Source of the DNA: Scenedesmus sp. PABB004
Taxonomy: Eukaryota
NCBI GenBank assembly: GCA_014905635.1
Contig: JABVCE010000004.1
Span: 1,488,001-1,552,000, forward strand
Direction of reading: 5' to 3'
DNA length: 64,000 nucleotides
Positions 10,982 to 21,600 of the stretch are shown here, piece by piece. Both the position numbers and the translations under genes were made by a program. The notes under the pieces are model-generated. The model made no database searches, was not told the origin of the DNA, and saw nothing but the letters and a program-made list of their open reading frames with translations. Every line of letters begins with the position of its first letter. Position 1 is the first letter of the stretch.

Positions 10982-13900
10982 TCAACGCGCCGCGCCGCTC
11001 GCCGCACCGGCGCGCGCGCGCGTCGCCGCGCCCGCTCCGACCGCGGCCCCGGCGGTGGACCGCCGCCACGCCCCCGGCCGGGGCGGCGCGGGCCGCCGGA
11101 ACTCGCGCGCCTCCACGCGCACGGTCACGACCGCGCGCAGCCGCGCCGGCGGCGCCCGCAGCGCCAGGCCGCCGCCTGCGCCGCGCTCAGCAGCGAGCGT
11201 CAGCGCTGTCGGGTCGGGCGCGAGATGTGGGGTCGGCACGTAGTCCAGCTCGGGCGCGGCCTGCGGCGCCGCGGCGCCCAGCAGCACCTCTGCCGCCGCC
11301 GCCGGCGGCGGCAGCCCGTCGGGCAGCCACGCGGCGGCGGGCCAGGGCGTCGCCGGCGGGCGCGGCAGCGACACGACGTGCCCCGCGCCGCGGTCGGCCG
11401 GGCCGCCGAGCCAGAGGTGGGCGAGGCGGCCGCTGGGCAGCAAATAGTGGCCGAGGCTGCCGCAGAACTGCGCGCCGGGCACGTGCGGCCAGGCGTGCAT
11501 GCACCGCCGGGGCGCCGGCGCCGGCGCGGCGTGGAAGCGGAACGCCGTCGGCGGCGCGGCGGCGTCGGGCGCGACCGTTGCGAGCAGCTGCAGCGGAGCG
11601 GCGCGGACTGGGTGAGCGCGCGCCGGCGCGCGGCGGGGCGAGGCGGCCGCCGCGCGCACCTCCAGCGGCCGCGCCGCCACTTCCGGCGCCGCTGCCAGCA
11701 CGGTGAGCGGCAGAGGCGCGCCGGCAACGGCGCTCGTGCCAAAGCAGGGCCGGTCGCAGCCTGCGGGCGGGCGGGCGGCGTCGACGGGCCATCAGCGGGC
11801 CCGCAGCACCCCGCCACATGGCACACCCTGTGTGTGCTCACCTGTCTGGGGGCGCTCGAGCACCAGCGGCGACTCTGCCGGGTGCGGCGCCGCCTCGGCG
11901 CCCTCGGCAGCCGTCGCCGCGCCTGCGCGCTGGCTGCTGCGAGCACCGTCACACTGCTGGTCTGCGCTGCCTGGCCTGGGCTCCTCGCCGGGCGTTGGCT
12001 CGGCGGGCGCTTCGTCGCCCAGCTGCGGCGCACTGGGTGCGTCCGTGGCGCCGCCGCCGCCGTCGCCCTGGCTCAGCAGCGCGTCCGCCGCCGCGCCCTG
12101 CTCCAGGTGCCGCTGCAGTGTCGCAGCGCGGGCCTCGCACTCGCGCTGCTCCTCCGCCTCGGCCGCTGCCGCCTCTGCCAGCTCTGCCGCGCTGGGCACG
12201 TGGAGCGCAGCCAGCTCCTGCCGCAGCGCCGCCCGGCGATGCTCGCTGGCCGCCAGCGTGGCGGCGGGGCTCCCCGGCGGCAGCCGACCGGCGCGCACCG
12301 CCGCCGCAGCGGCGCCGAGCTGATGCGCGACTGCCTGCTCGGGACCAGCGACCAGCAGCTCTCTGGCGGGGCCGGGCGCCACGTCCGACGCGTTGACAGC
12401 GAGCTGCCGGAACGCCACAACCGCCGGGGCCCAGGGGTCTGCGACGCGCGACCAGGCGCACGACGCGCCCGGCAAGGGGCTGCCTCCGCCGCTGCTGCCG
12501 CCGCCGCTGATGCGGCCGCCAGGGGGCGCCGAGGCGGGCCGCACCAGCCTGCCGCCGCCGTGCCGCCGCGGCGAGCCGCCCGGCCGCCAGGCGGCGGCGG
12601 GGGCGGCGCGGCTGCCGCCCTTGGGGCTGCTCGCGCGCCAGCGGTCTTCGTGCCAGAGGCTGCTGGCGCTGCCGCGCAGGGCGGCCGGCAGGCTGCCGCG
12701 CAGCACCTCGCCCTGCGCCGCGCGCGCCGCGTGAAAGTCGTGCAGCCGCTGCGCCTCGCGCTGCGCCGCCAGCCACTCGGCCTCCTCGGCGTCCTCCGTG
12801 GTGAGCGCGTCCAGCTCGGCCGCTGGGTGCGGCGGAGCAGGCAGGCGGTGGCGGTCAGCAGGGCGCAGCGCCGCGCCGCCAGCGCGCCACAACGGCACAG
12901 TGGCGCGCGCTCACTCTGCGTTGCGTCACGCAGGGCGGCCTCGGCAACGTGTGGCGTCGAGATCGCCGGCGCGCTGTCAGCGACGGCCTCCCCGACACAC
13001 TCGTCCAGCCACGCCACGAAGGCGGCGCGCACGTCCCCCGCCGCCGGGACGCTTGCCGCGCCTGCGCCCGCGCCCACGACCGGCCTGCCGCCGGCCAGCT
13101 CCAGCTGCGCCGTGCGGGCTGGGCCGCCGGCGGCGGCGGCCAGCAGCGCGCCCACGCCGTCGCTGAAGCTGCAGCGCTGCGCAGCCGCCGCGGCCGCCGC
13201 GGCCGTGGGCTGGGCGCTCGCGGCGGGGCGCTGCCCCGCGTATCTGGCGGCCAGGAGGCCCGGCGAGGCGCGGTCGGGGCGGTGCACCGGCACCACGGGG
13301 CGCGCTGTGAGAGCGCTCACGCGAGCGATGAGCTCCCCCGCCCGCCGGTCGTCGCTGGTGAGGCCCCGGGCGGCGGCGCCGCCGCGCGTGCTGGCCATGT
13401 TGGCCGCCAGCACCGCCGTGTCAGCCGCCGCCTGCAGCCACGTCGTGTGCGGCGGCGTTGCGCCGGCGCTGGCGGGGACGCTGCCGCGGCCGCCCGCGCA
13501 GCCGCGCTCGGCGCCGCCGCCGGCGCCGGGGCCCGAGGCCTCGTCACGTGCGCGCCCTGGCGCAGCGTGGCGCTCGCGGCGCACGCGCTTCAGCCCCGCT
13601 GCGTGCAGCAACGCGGCGTGCTTGAGCCGCAGCTCGGCGCGGTAGAGCGCGGCCACGTTCTCGCCCGCTGCGGCAACGTTGGCCAGCACCGCCGCCGCCA
13701 CGCTGCGGCGCTGTGGCTCCGGGCAGCCCTGCACGAGGCGCACGAGCGTGTACAGCCCGCGCCGGCAGACCGCCACCTGCCCCGCGTGGTGCGCAGTGAC
13801 GCCCAGCAGCGCCCACAGGGCCAGCATCCCCTCGCGGCCGTCCGGAGTTGCGGCGGGCGGCCCGCCCGGCGGCTCACCGCACTGCAGGGCGCCGCAGGTG

Positions 13901-16900
13901 CTGCCGCCGTCGCCCTCGGTGCGGCCGGCGCTGCGGCACCCGGCCAGGCGGCCGGCGCTGCTGGGGCGGCCGCTGGCCGAGAGCGAGCTGCCCGAGCAGG
14001 CCGAGGCGCTGCCCGACCTCGCCAGCCTCGCAGTCGCTGCTGCCGCCGCTGCCGCCTCGGCTGCCAGCTGCGCATGCCATGCCGGCAGCCACTCCCCTGG
14101 CCTCTGCAGTGCCGTGCACGGTGCCTGCAGCACCGCCCCCGGCAGCGGCGGCACCGGCACCGCCGCCGGCTCCGGCGCAGCTGCAACTGGCGGCGGCGGC
14201 TGCGGCTGCACGGGCGGCCTGCTGGCAGCCGGCGTGGCCGAGGCCGGCGCGGCCCGCTGCTGCTGCTGCTGCCACGCCCGGTGCTGCTCCGCCGCAAGCG
14301 CCTGCAGCTCTCGGAAGGCCCGCTGCTCCATGCGCAGCACCGCCAGCAGCGCTCCCACCACGCCCGGCGCGCAGCACGCCGCCGCGGCCTCGCGCTGCGC
14401 GCTGAGCCAGGCTAGCGCCGCCAGCGCGTGTCCGAGCAGGGGCAGGCGGGCGCCGGCTGGCTCCCCGTCGCCAGTCGCGGCTGCGAGCAGGCGCGTTAGC
14501 AGCTGCGCGGCGCCCCCGCGCCCCCCAGCGCGGCCAGCGAGTCGGGGCGCTGCACCGCAGCAGAGATGTAGCCCGCCGCCGCCACCTGCAGCTGGCGCGC
14601 GGGATCGGCCGCGCCACCGGTCGCGGCCCGGCAGACGGCGCTGGCGCTCTCAGGCACGCGCAGGCCGACCAGGGCTCCGTGCATGGCCTGCGGCGACAGC
14701 CGCGCGGCGGTGCCTGAGCGCAGGGGCGGGCGGCTAGGCCAAGGCCGAAGCAAGCGACCACCGCGGCCTAGCGCATGCGTGCCCACACACCTCGTCGGCG
14801 GCGGCGAGGTTCCAGCATGCGTTGAGGGCCAGGGCCTTGAGGCTGTAGCAGTGCGCCGCATCTGGCAGCGACGCCACGCTGGCCAGCAGCGCCAGGCCGA
14901 GCTCGTCGGCCTCCGTAAGCGCCACAGGGCCTGGCGGCGACAGCTCCGCCGCCCACCAGCTGCTCGCGCCGGCGGCGTGCACAGCACGCGTGCCCGGCGG
15001 GAGCTCCTCAGCCGCGGCGCGCAGCTGCGCGCGCTGCTGCAGCAGCAGCCACGCCGTCGTGAGGCAGAGGTGCAGCACGCCGAGCGCCGCTGCGGCGCGC
15101 GGCCCGGCGCCGGCCCCGCTGCAGCCGCTGCCCCAGCCGGCCGTGGCGCCGCTGGCGGGTGCGCCGCTGGCGGGTGCGCCGCCGAGCAGCCCCTCCAGGT
15201 GCAGCCGTGGCACGGCACTGGCGGGCGCGCCGTCTGCGCCGCACGCGGAGCCGCCTCGACTGTCCGCGGCCGCGGCGCGCCGCACGCGCTGCAGCGCCGG
15301 CCGCGCCAGCGCGTCCAGCATGCCCGCCCAGCGGCCGTCGATCAGCAGCTGCCGCTGGCCGCACTCGTGCTGCGCCAGGCACCAAAACGTGGCTGCTGCG
15401 TGCTGCGGTGCGACGCGGACCGCGGCGGCGGCGCTGCAGCTGCTGCCGCCGTCCTCGGTGGCGCCTCCGGCGTGCGACGCGCCGCGCGCGTGCCCCGTCG
15501 CGCAGGGCGCCGCCGCCTGCGCCGGCAGCTGCTGGCCGACGTGCTGCGCAAGGTAGTCAAGCAGCAGCGCGCAGCTAGGCGGCGGCAGCGGGCGGTTGAC
15601 CGCAGCAAGCGCCTGGCAAGCGGCGGCGATGACCTCGGCGTGCAGCTGCCGGAGCCCGTCGCCGCCTTCCTCCTTGTCGCGGGGTCGGTGCTCCGCCCTG
15701 ACAGCACTGTCTAGCAGCGCCTGGAGGAGCCCCGCACCCAGCAGATTGTCGCGGAGCACGCCCCGGAACGGCGGGTGCGGGTTGACCGCCGCTGCCAGCT
15801 GCGACTCCGTCTCCGGCTCCAGCTCCGACAGCGTCTCACCGCGGGGACGCTCGTAGCTGGCCAGCAGCATGACCGTGGCGGCGGCCAGGCATTGGGAGCG
15901 CGCCCCCTGCGACAGCCGGCGAGGGTGCGCTGCGCTCAGGCTGCGCAGGACGCGGCAGGCCGAGCGCGGCGGCGCGAGGGCGCCCACCCCACCCGCTCGC
16001 CGGGCACGTCCATGCGCAGCAGCGCGCCCAGCAGCGGGCGCAGGCTGTCCACCAGCTCCGAAGCGCCGTCGGGGCCCAGCACCGCGACGGCCGCAGCCGC
16101 GGCGCCCGTGGCAGCGACGCTGCACAGCGCGCCCGCCGCGCACTCGGCCAGCATGGCGCGCGTGCCGTCCGCGCCCTCGAGGCAGGCCGACGCCAGGCGC
16201 CCCAGCTCGCTCAGGTGGGCCAGCACCTCGCGCTCGCTCAGGTGTGGCGCGAGCGCGGAGGTGATAGTCCAGAGAGCAAGTGAGCCATAGTCAAGCAGCA
16301 TGCCTCGCAGCGCACTGGCCCCTGCTGCCTCCGCCCCCGCTGCCGCTGCCGCCTGCTCCGCCTGTGCAGCGGCCGCTGGCAGTGCCGGCTGCTCACCGGC
16401 GCCCGCTGGCCGCTCGCCGCCGAGCAGTGCCGCTCCCAGCAGGCGCATGAGACTGGCGTGCAGCTCGCGCAGCAGCTGCGGCTCCTGCTGCGCCATGAGC
16501 TCGCCGCTGCCGCGCTCGGTGCTGGCCCAGCCGCCGTCGGAGCCGCTGCCGCGCCGCGCGCCGGCCATGCGCGTCAGCACCGCCGCGCCGCACAGCTGCG
16601 TGCGCGGGTCAGCCGCCGCCAGGAGCGGCAGCAGCAGGCGACAGCGCCCTGCCGCCAGGAAGGCTGCGCGCCCATCGGCGTCGCGCAGCAGCACCGCTGC
16701 CAGCACCTCGGCCGCCAGCTGCGCGGGCTGCAGCTCCACGAGCAGCGGCGGCAGCACGGGGCCCTCCTCCTCGTCAGGGCCCAAGGTCAGGCCAAAGCAC
16801 TCGCTCCCGCCGGCGGCGAGCGGTGAGTCAGCTGCCTCCTCGCCAGCGTCCAGCAGCTCCAGGGTAGGCTCGCGCGTCGGCGGTGTTGCCTCGCTCGCGG

Positions 16901-18319
16901 TGGGGTGCACCGGCTCCGACGCAGGGACGGCAACCGCCACCTCCTCCTTCAACGAGCCGTCGGCAGGGCCCTGCGCCGGCGCCTCCTCAGCTGATCGCAG
17001 GCTGCTCGGCGGTGCCGCCGCCACGTCGGCCAGCAGTCGCACCCCAGTCCTGCTGCCCAGGACGCGCCGCCGCGCGTCCGCGTCAACCGCCAGCACGCCC
17101 AACGCGCCGAGGCTCGCCACCAGCATCGCGCGGCAGTCAGCGGGGCCGCACGCGCTGCCCGAGCCAGCGCCGCTGGCAATCGGCGGCCGCGCGGCCGCGC
17201 CGCACGCGCTGCCGCCACGCCGTAGGCGGTCGAAGCACGACTCTGCGATGCGCAGCAGTGCCTCGACCACGCCGAGCTGCGGGGGCGCAGGCAAGGCAAG
17301 TCAGGCCAGCGGCCAGGGCGGCGGTGGCCGGCGCTCGGGCCTCCCTCTGGCGCCCGGCGCACGCCCGGCGCGCGCGCCTGCGTGAGGCGCTCCCGCGGCT
17401 TGGCCAGCGTGCACGCGTGCCACGCGGCGCACACCGCGGGCAGCTGCAGCTCCCGCGACAGCAGCGGCTTGCACAGCGCCGCCATCACGCCGCGCAGGGC
17501 CGCGCCGGTGAGGCCCTCGCCGCGGGCGGCCGCGTCTGAGAGCAGCTCCCACACGCCCGCCGCGCCCTCGGCCATCAGCGCCACGTGCAGGCGCTTGCAC
17601 TCGACCTCGTTCTGCGCAGCACGCAGCGCACGCGAGCGCGTCGGCCTGCCGCGCCCGCAGAGCCGCTGCGGCCGGCGCGCACGCCGCGCACCAGGAGCTT
17701 TTCGCTGAGCCGCCGCAGCGCCGCGCGGCGCATCTGCTGCTGCGTGGCCACGGTCGCTGCGATCAGGCCGTCCAGCTGGGCCTGGCTGTCCAGCGGTCGC
17801 TCCGCGCCCGCCTCCGCGCCCAGCAGCAGCGCGTGCAAGTTGACGCCGCGCGCCACCGCCGCGCGGCACGACGCCTTGCAGCTGGGCGCGCCGCAGTCGG
17901 ACGGCGCCGCGAGCAGCGCCAGCTCGGTGACCTCGACGCGCTGCTGCACCAGCACCTCGCCGCTGCGCGGCGCGCCGCCCCCGGCGCCGCCTGGCCCGGC
18001 CGGCGGGCGCCTGCCCGGCGGCGGCGGCGCGAGCGGCACGTCGCTCGTGACCTCCGCCACGACCTTGCTCCGCCCTCCGGTCGGGCCGATCACGCGGGCG
18101 GCCACCCACTCGGTGAACGCATCGAGCGCGCAAGGGAGCGGCTCCTCGGCCGAGGCGGCCAGACGCACGGGCTGGCGAGCAGGCGGCGCGAGGCGGCAAG
18201 GCGACAGCGGCGGCGGTGCTCTTGGGCTGCCCGCTGCCGTCGCTGAAGAGCACCTCCATGCCCGCACGCACCTGCCACTGCCCGCTGCCATCGCTGACGA
18301 GCACCTCCAGCTCCGCCAT
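10982..18319 (-). CDS. Large uncharacterised alpha-solenoid (armadillo-repeat-like) protein, multi-exon; exact model uncertain and it may be more than one gene
   Basis: Joinable exons with helical motifs such as EGAAGVWELL, ASLGALGVLAVD, CAAGALCSVA, ATFWCLAQH, ALNACWNLAA and GLYTLVRLV..AAAVLANVA; ATG at 18319, first intron 18271-18172, last exon ends at 10982. Confidence 0.55.
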
Positions 18320-18663
18320 GGCCCCGGTCTGCGCACGGCGCGCCGCTGCTGCGCGGCGCCCGTGCGGCGCGCCGCGCGGCCGAGCACTGCGCCCTCAGCT
18401 GCCCCTCCCACGCAGACGGCTGGAATTGGTCTGGTGGAGAGGAGCGGGGGTCAGAGAGATGCAAGGCGCTGCGGCGCTGCGGCGCAGAACCGTCGGCGTC
18501 GTCCGCTCGCTGCCCGCGCCCGGCCCTGAGTCCTCCCGTGTCGCCACAGCACTTGATGGACAGCGCGGCATCGCCGTGACCCGCGGCAGCCCTGCGGGGA
18601 CCACGTCCGGCGGCTGCGCAGCGTGGACGCGGCGGCCGCCGTTGACCCGCTCGGCTCGCCGCC

Positions 18664-21600
18664 ATGGCGCAGCCGGACGAGGACGACGAGGAAATGAGCC
18701 CGCAGGAGGAGGAGGCAGGCGAGCCGGCGCCGCCGCCGCCTGCGCAGCGCGACCGGAGCGCGAGCACGCTCGCACGCCGCGCTGCCCGCGCAGGCCTGGC
18801 GGCCCTGCTGGACGCGCACGGCCTCTCCCGGGCCGACCTGGGGAGCCCTGACATCACCGAGCTGGAGATGTTCATGCAGCCATACGCGCGGGTGCGGGCG
18901 GATCAGCCGATCAGCCAGCGCGCCGCAGCGGCGGTGCCCGCGCGGCCCGTCACGCCTCCGCCCCGCTCCGCCCCGCACCGCGCCGCGCGCCACAGATGGC
19001 GGGCCTGCACCACTTCCCGCACCTCACCAGCCTCAAGCTCATCGGCCAGGCGCGGCGGCGCTCGCTGCGCGCGCGCTGTGTGCGGGGTGCGCCGCGCCGC
19101 GTGCTGGGTGTGCTGCGCGCCGCCGCCCACGTGGTGCACGTCCTCGCCGCCCCGCCCGCGCTGCCCCTGCCCGGGCCACGCAGGGCCTCTCGCGCATCGA
19201 GGGCCTGGCTGGCTGCCCCCGCCTCGAGGCGCTGTGGCTGGCAGAGAACCGGATCGCGTGCACGCGCGGCCTCGCGCCCGCGCCGCGCTGCCTGCGCGCG
19301 CTGCACCTCTACTCCAACCGCCTCACCTCGCTCGCGGGGCTGGAGGGCCTTGCAGCCCTCGAGGTGCGGTCGCCTGGGCGGGCGGCCGCGGCGCGCGCAG
19401 CACGGCGCGCGCGGCGCGCGCCATGCGCGGCGCGGGCAAAGGCGTGGAAGCCGGCGGCAGCTGACTGCCGCGCCGCGCCCTCACGGCCGCCGACGCAGGT
19501 GCTGTGGGTCTCGGACAACTACCTCTCCTCGCTGGCCGGCCTGGGCGGCCTGACGGCGCTGCGCGAGCTCCACGCCGCGCGCAACGACGTCGCGACCCTC
19601 GGCGACGCCCTGGCCGGCTGCACCGCGCTCAGCGCGCTCAACCTGGCAGACAACCGTATCAGCAGCTTCCAGGCGCGCGCGCGGCGCAGGGGCCGCCGCC
19701 CCTCCCGCCGCCGCCGTGGGGCCTCTGCCTGCCGGGCCGACGCCGCCGCGCCGCCGCCCTCCGCGCCGCCCGCGCAGGAGGTGGCCGGCCTCTCGCGCCT
19801 GCCGGCCCTGCGCGAGCTCTGCCTCGCGGACCCGCTCTGGGGCGACTGCCCCGTCGCGTCGCTGTGCAACTACCAGACCTTTGCCCTGGCAGCGCTGCGC
19901 CGCCTCACCGCGCTCGACGGCCGCCCGCTCGCGGACGAGACGCGCGCCGCCGCCGCCGCGACGGTCGCCAGGAAGCGGCTGTTCTACGCCATGCGCGCGC
20001 GCGGCCTGCGCCGCGCCGCCGCCGACGCCGCCGACACGGCGCGCGCCGGGCGCCGGGTGCGAATTCGTGTGTGCGCTGCTTGGAAGCAGCGCACACATGC
20101 GCTGCTTGGAAGCAGCGCACACATGTGCGCGCGTGCGCGCGCTGTGCCGCCGACGCGCAGCTGAGAGGCGCCGCGCTCGCAGGTGCTGGGCGCGCGCTGG
20201 GGCGCGATGGAGGCGCGGCTCGCGTGCGCGGCGCGGGCGCTGCAGCGCGAGCTGCTCCGGCAGGACGGCGGCGCGCAGCAGGGCCTGGCGGAGGAGCTGG
20301 CCGGCCTGGCGGCGGCGTCCGAGGCGGTGGCGGGCCGGCAGCAGGCGCTGGCGGCCGCGCTCGAGGCGGACGCGCGCGCCGCGCGCGCCGCGCTGGAGGG
20401 CGCGGAGGCGCGGCTGCAGCTGGAGCTCGACAGCGGCGGCAACGTCCGGCTCGAGGAGGCCGCGCCCGGCGACGCCTGGCTGGCGTCCTGCCAGGAGCTG
20501 CTGCGCGGCCGGCTGCTGGGCGCGGGCGCGCCGGGCGGCGGGGTCGGCGTCGTGGACATCGAGGTGGTCGCCGCCGCGCACGTGCACAACCGCCACCTGC
20601 GGCTGGCGTGGGACGCGGCGGCAGCCGCGGCGGCGGCAAAGGCGTCGGCGGCAGCGGTCGGCGGCGCCGCTGACGGCGGCGCGGGCGCCGGGCAGCACGC
20701 GGGCGCGGAGGTCCTGCTGTGCGGCGAGACGCCCGGTCTGCCGGGCGACCTGCTGCGCGTCGCGCAGGCGGGCTTCCGGCCGCCCGCCGAGGAGTGCGCC
20801 GCGCTGGGCCTGGACGGCGCGGTGCGGCTCGCGAGCTGCGTGGAGCTGGCCGACCAGCCACGCCTGGCGGCGGCGCTTGCCGGCAGCGGCGCGCCCGGCG
20901 CGGCGCCGCTGGAGGGGCAGCTGCTCGTGTGCAGGGCGCTGCTGGGCGGCGCGACGCGCGAGGCGGGCGGCTGCGCGGAGCTGCTGCCCGCCGTGCCGCG
21001 GCCCGGCGTGCCACCGCCGCCGCCGGAGGAGGCGCCGCCCGTGCGCGCCGACCAGCACCCGGGTGCGAGCGCGGTGTGGCGGCCGATTTTCGGCGGCGGC
21101 GCGGTGCAGGAGGCGGCGGGCCACCGCGCGTGGTACGTGTTTGACCCCGCGGCGGTGCTGCCAGAGTTTCTGGTCACCTTCCGGCTCACCGCCGCGGCGG
21201 GGTCGCCGCTTGCGGCAGCCGCCGCGGCGGCCGGCGGATCGCCGCCGGCCGAGCTCGCGGCCAGCGCGGCGGCCGACCCGCTGCTGCGGCTGTGCAGGCG
21301 CCCGCTGCGGCGCTGGCTGGCGGCGGCGGAGGAGCAGCAGGAGCAGCAGCAGACGCTGCCGCCGCCACACGAGCTGGAGCTGGAGCGACGCTGCGAGGCG
21401 CTGCTTGCGGCCGCGGCCGTGGCGACGCCCCCGTGCACGCGCCTGGACGCCGCCACGCCCGCGTCGCTCGCAGCCGTCGCGGGGTGCGCCGCGCCGCAGC
21501 TGGTGGCGCTCGCCGAGCTCTCACTCCACGACTGCGGCCTCTCGGACGGCGGCCTCGGCCTGGGCGGCCTCCTCGTTCACCTGCCCTGCCTGACGCGGCT

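Noticed and set aside
9365..13645. 1426-aa plus-strand ORF
   Set aside because: Antisense shadow of the transporter and ARM-like genes; Arg/Ala/Gly-rich with no motifs, as expected when stops are rare at this GC content
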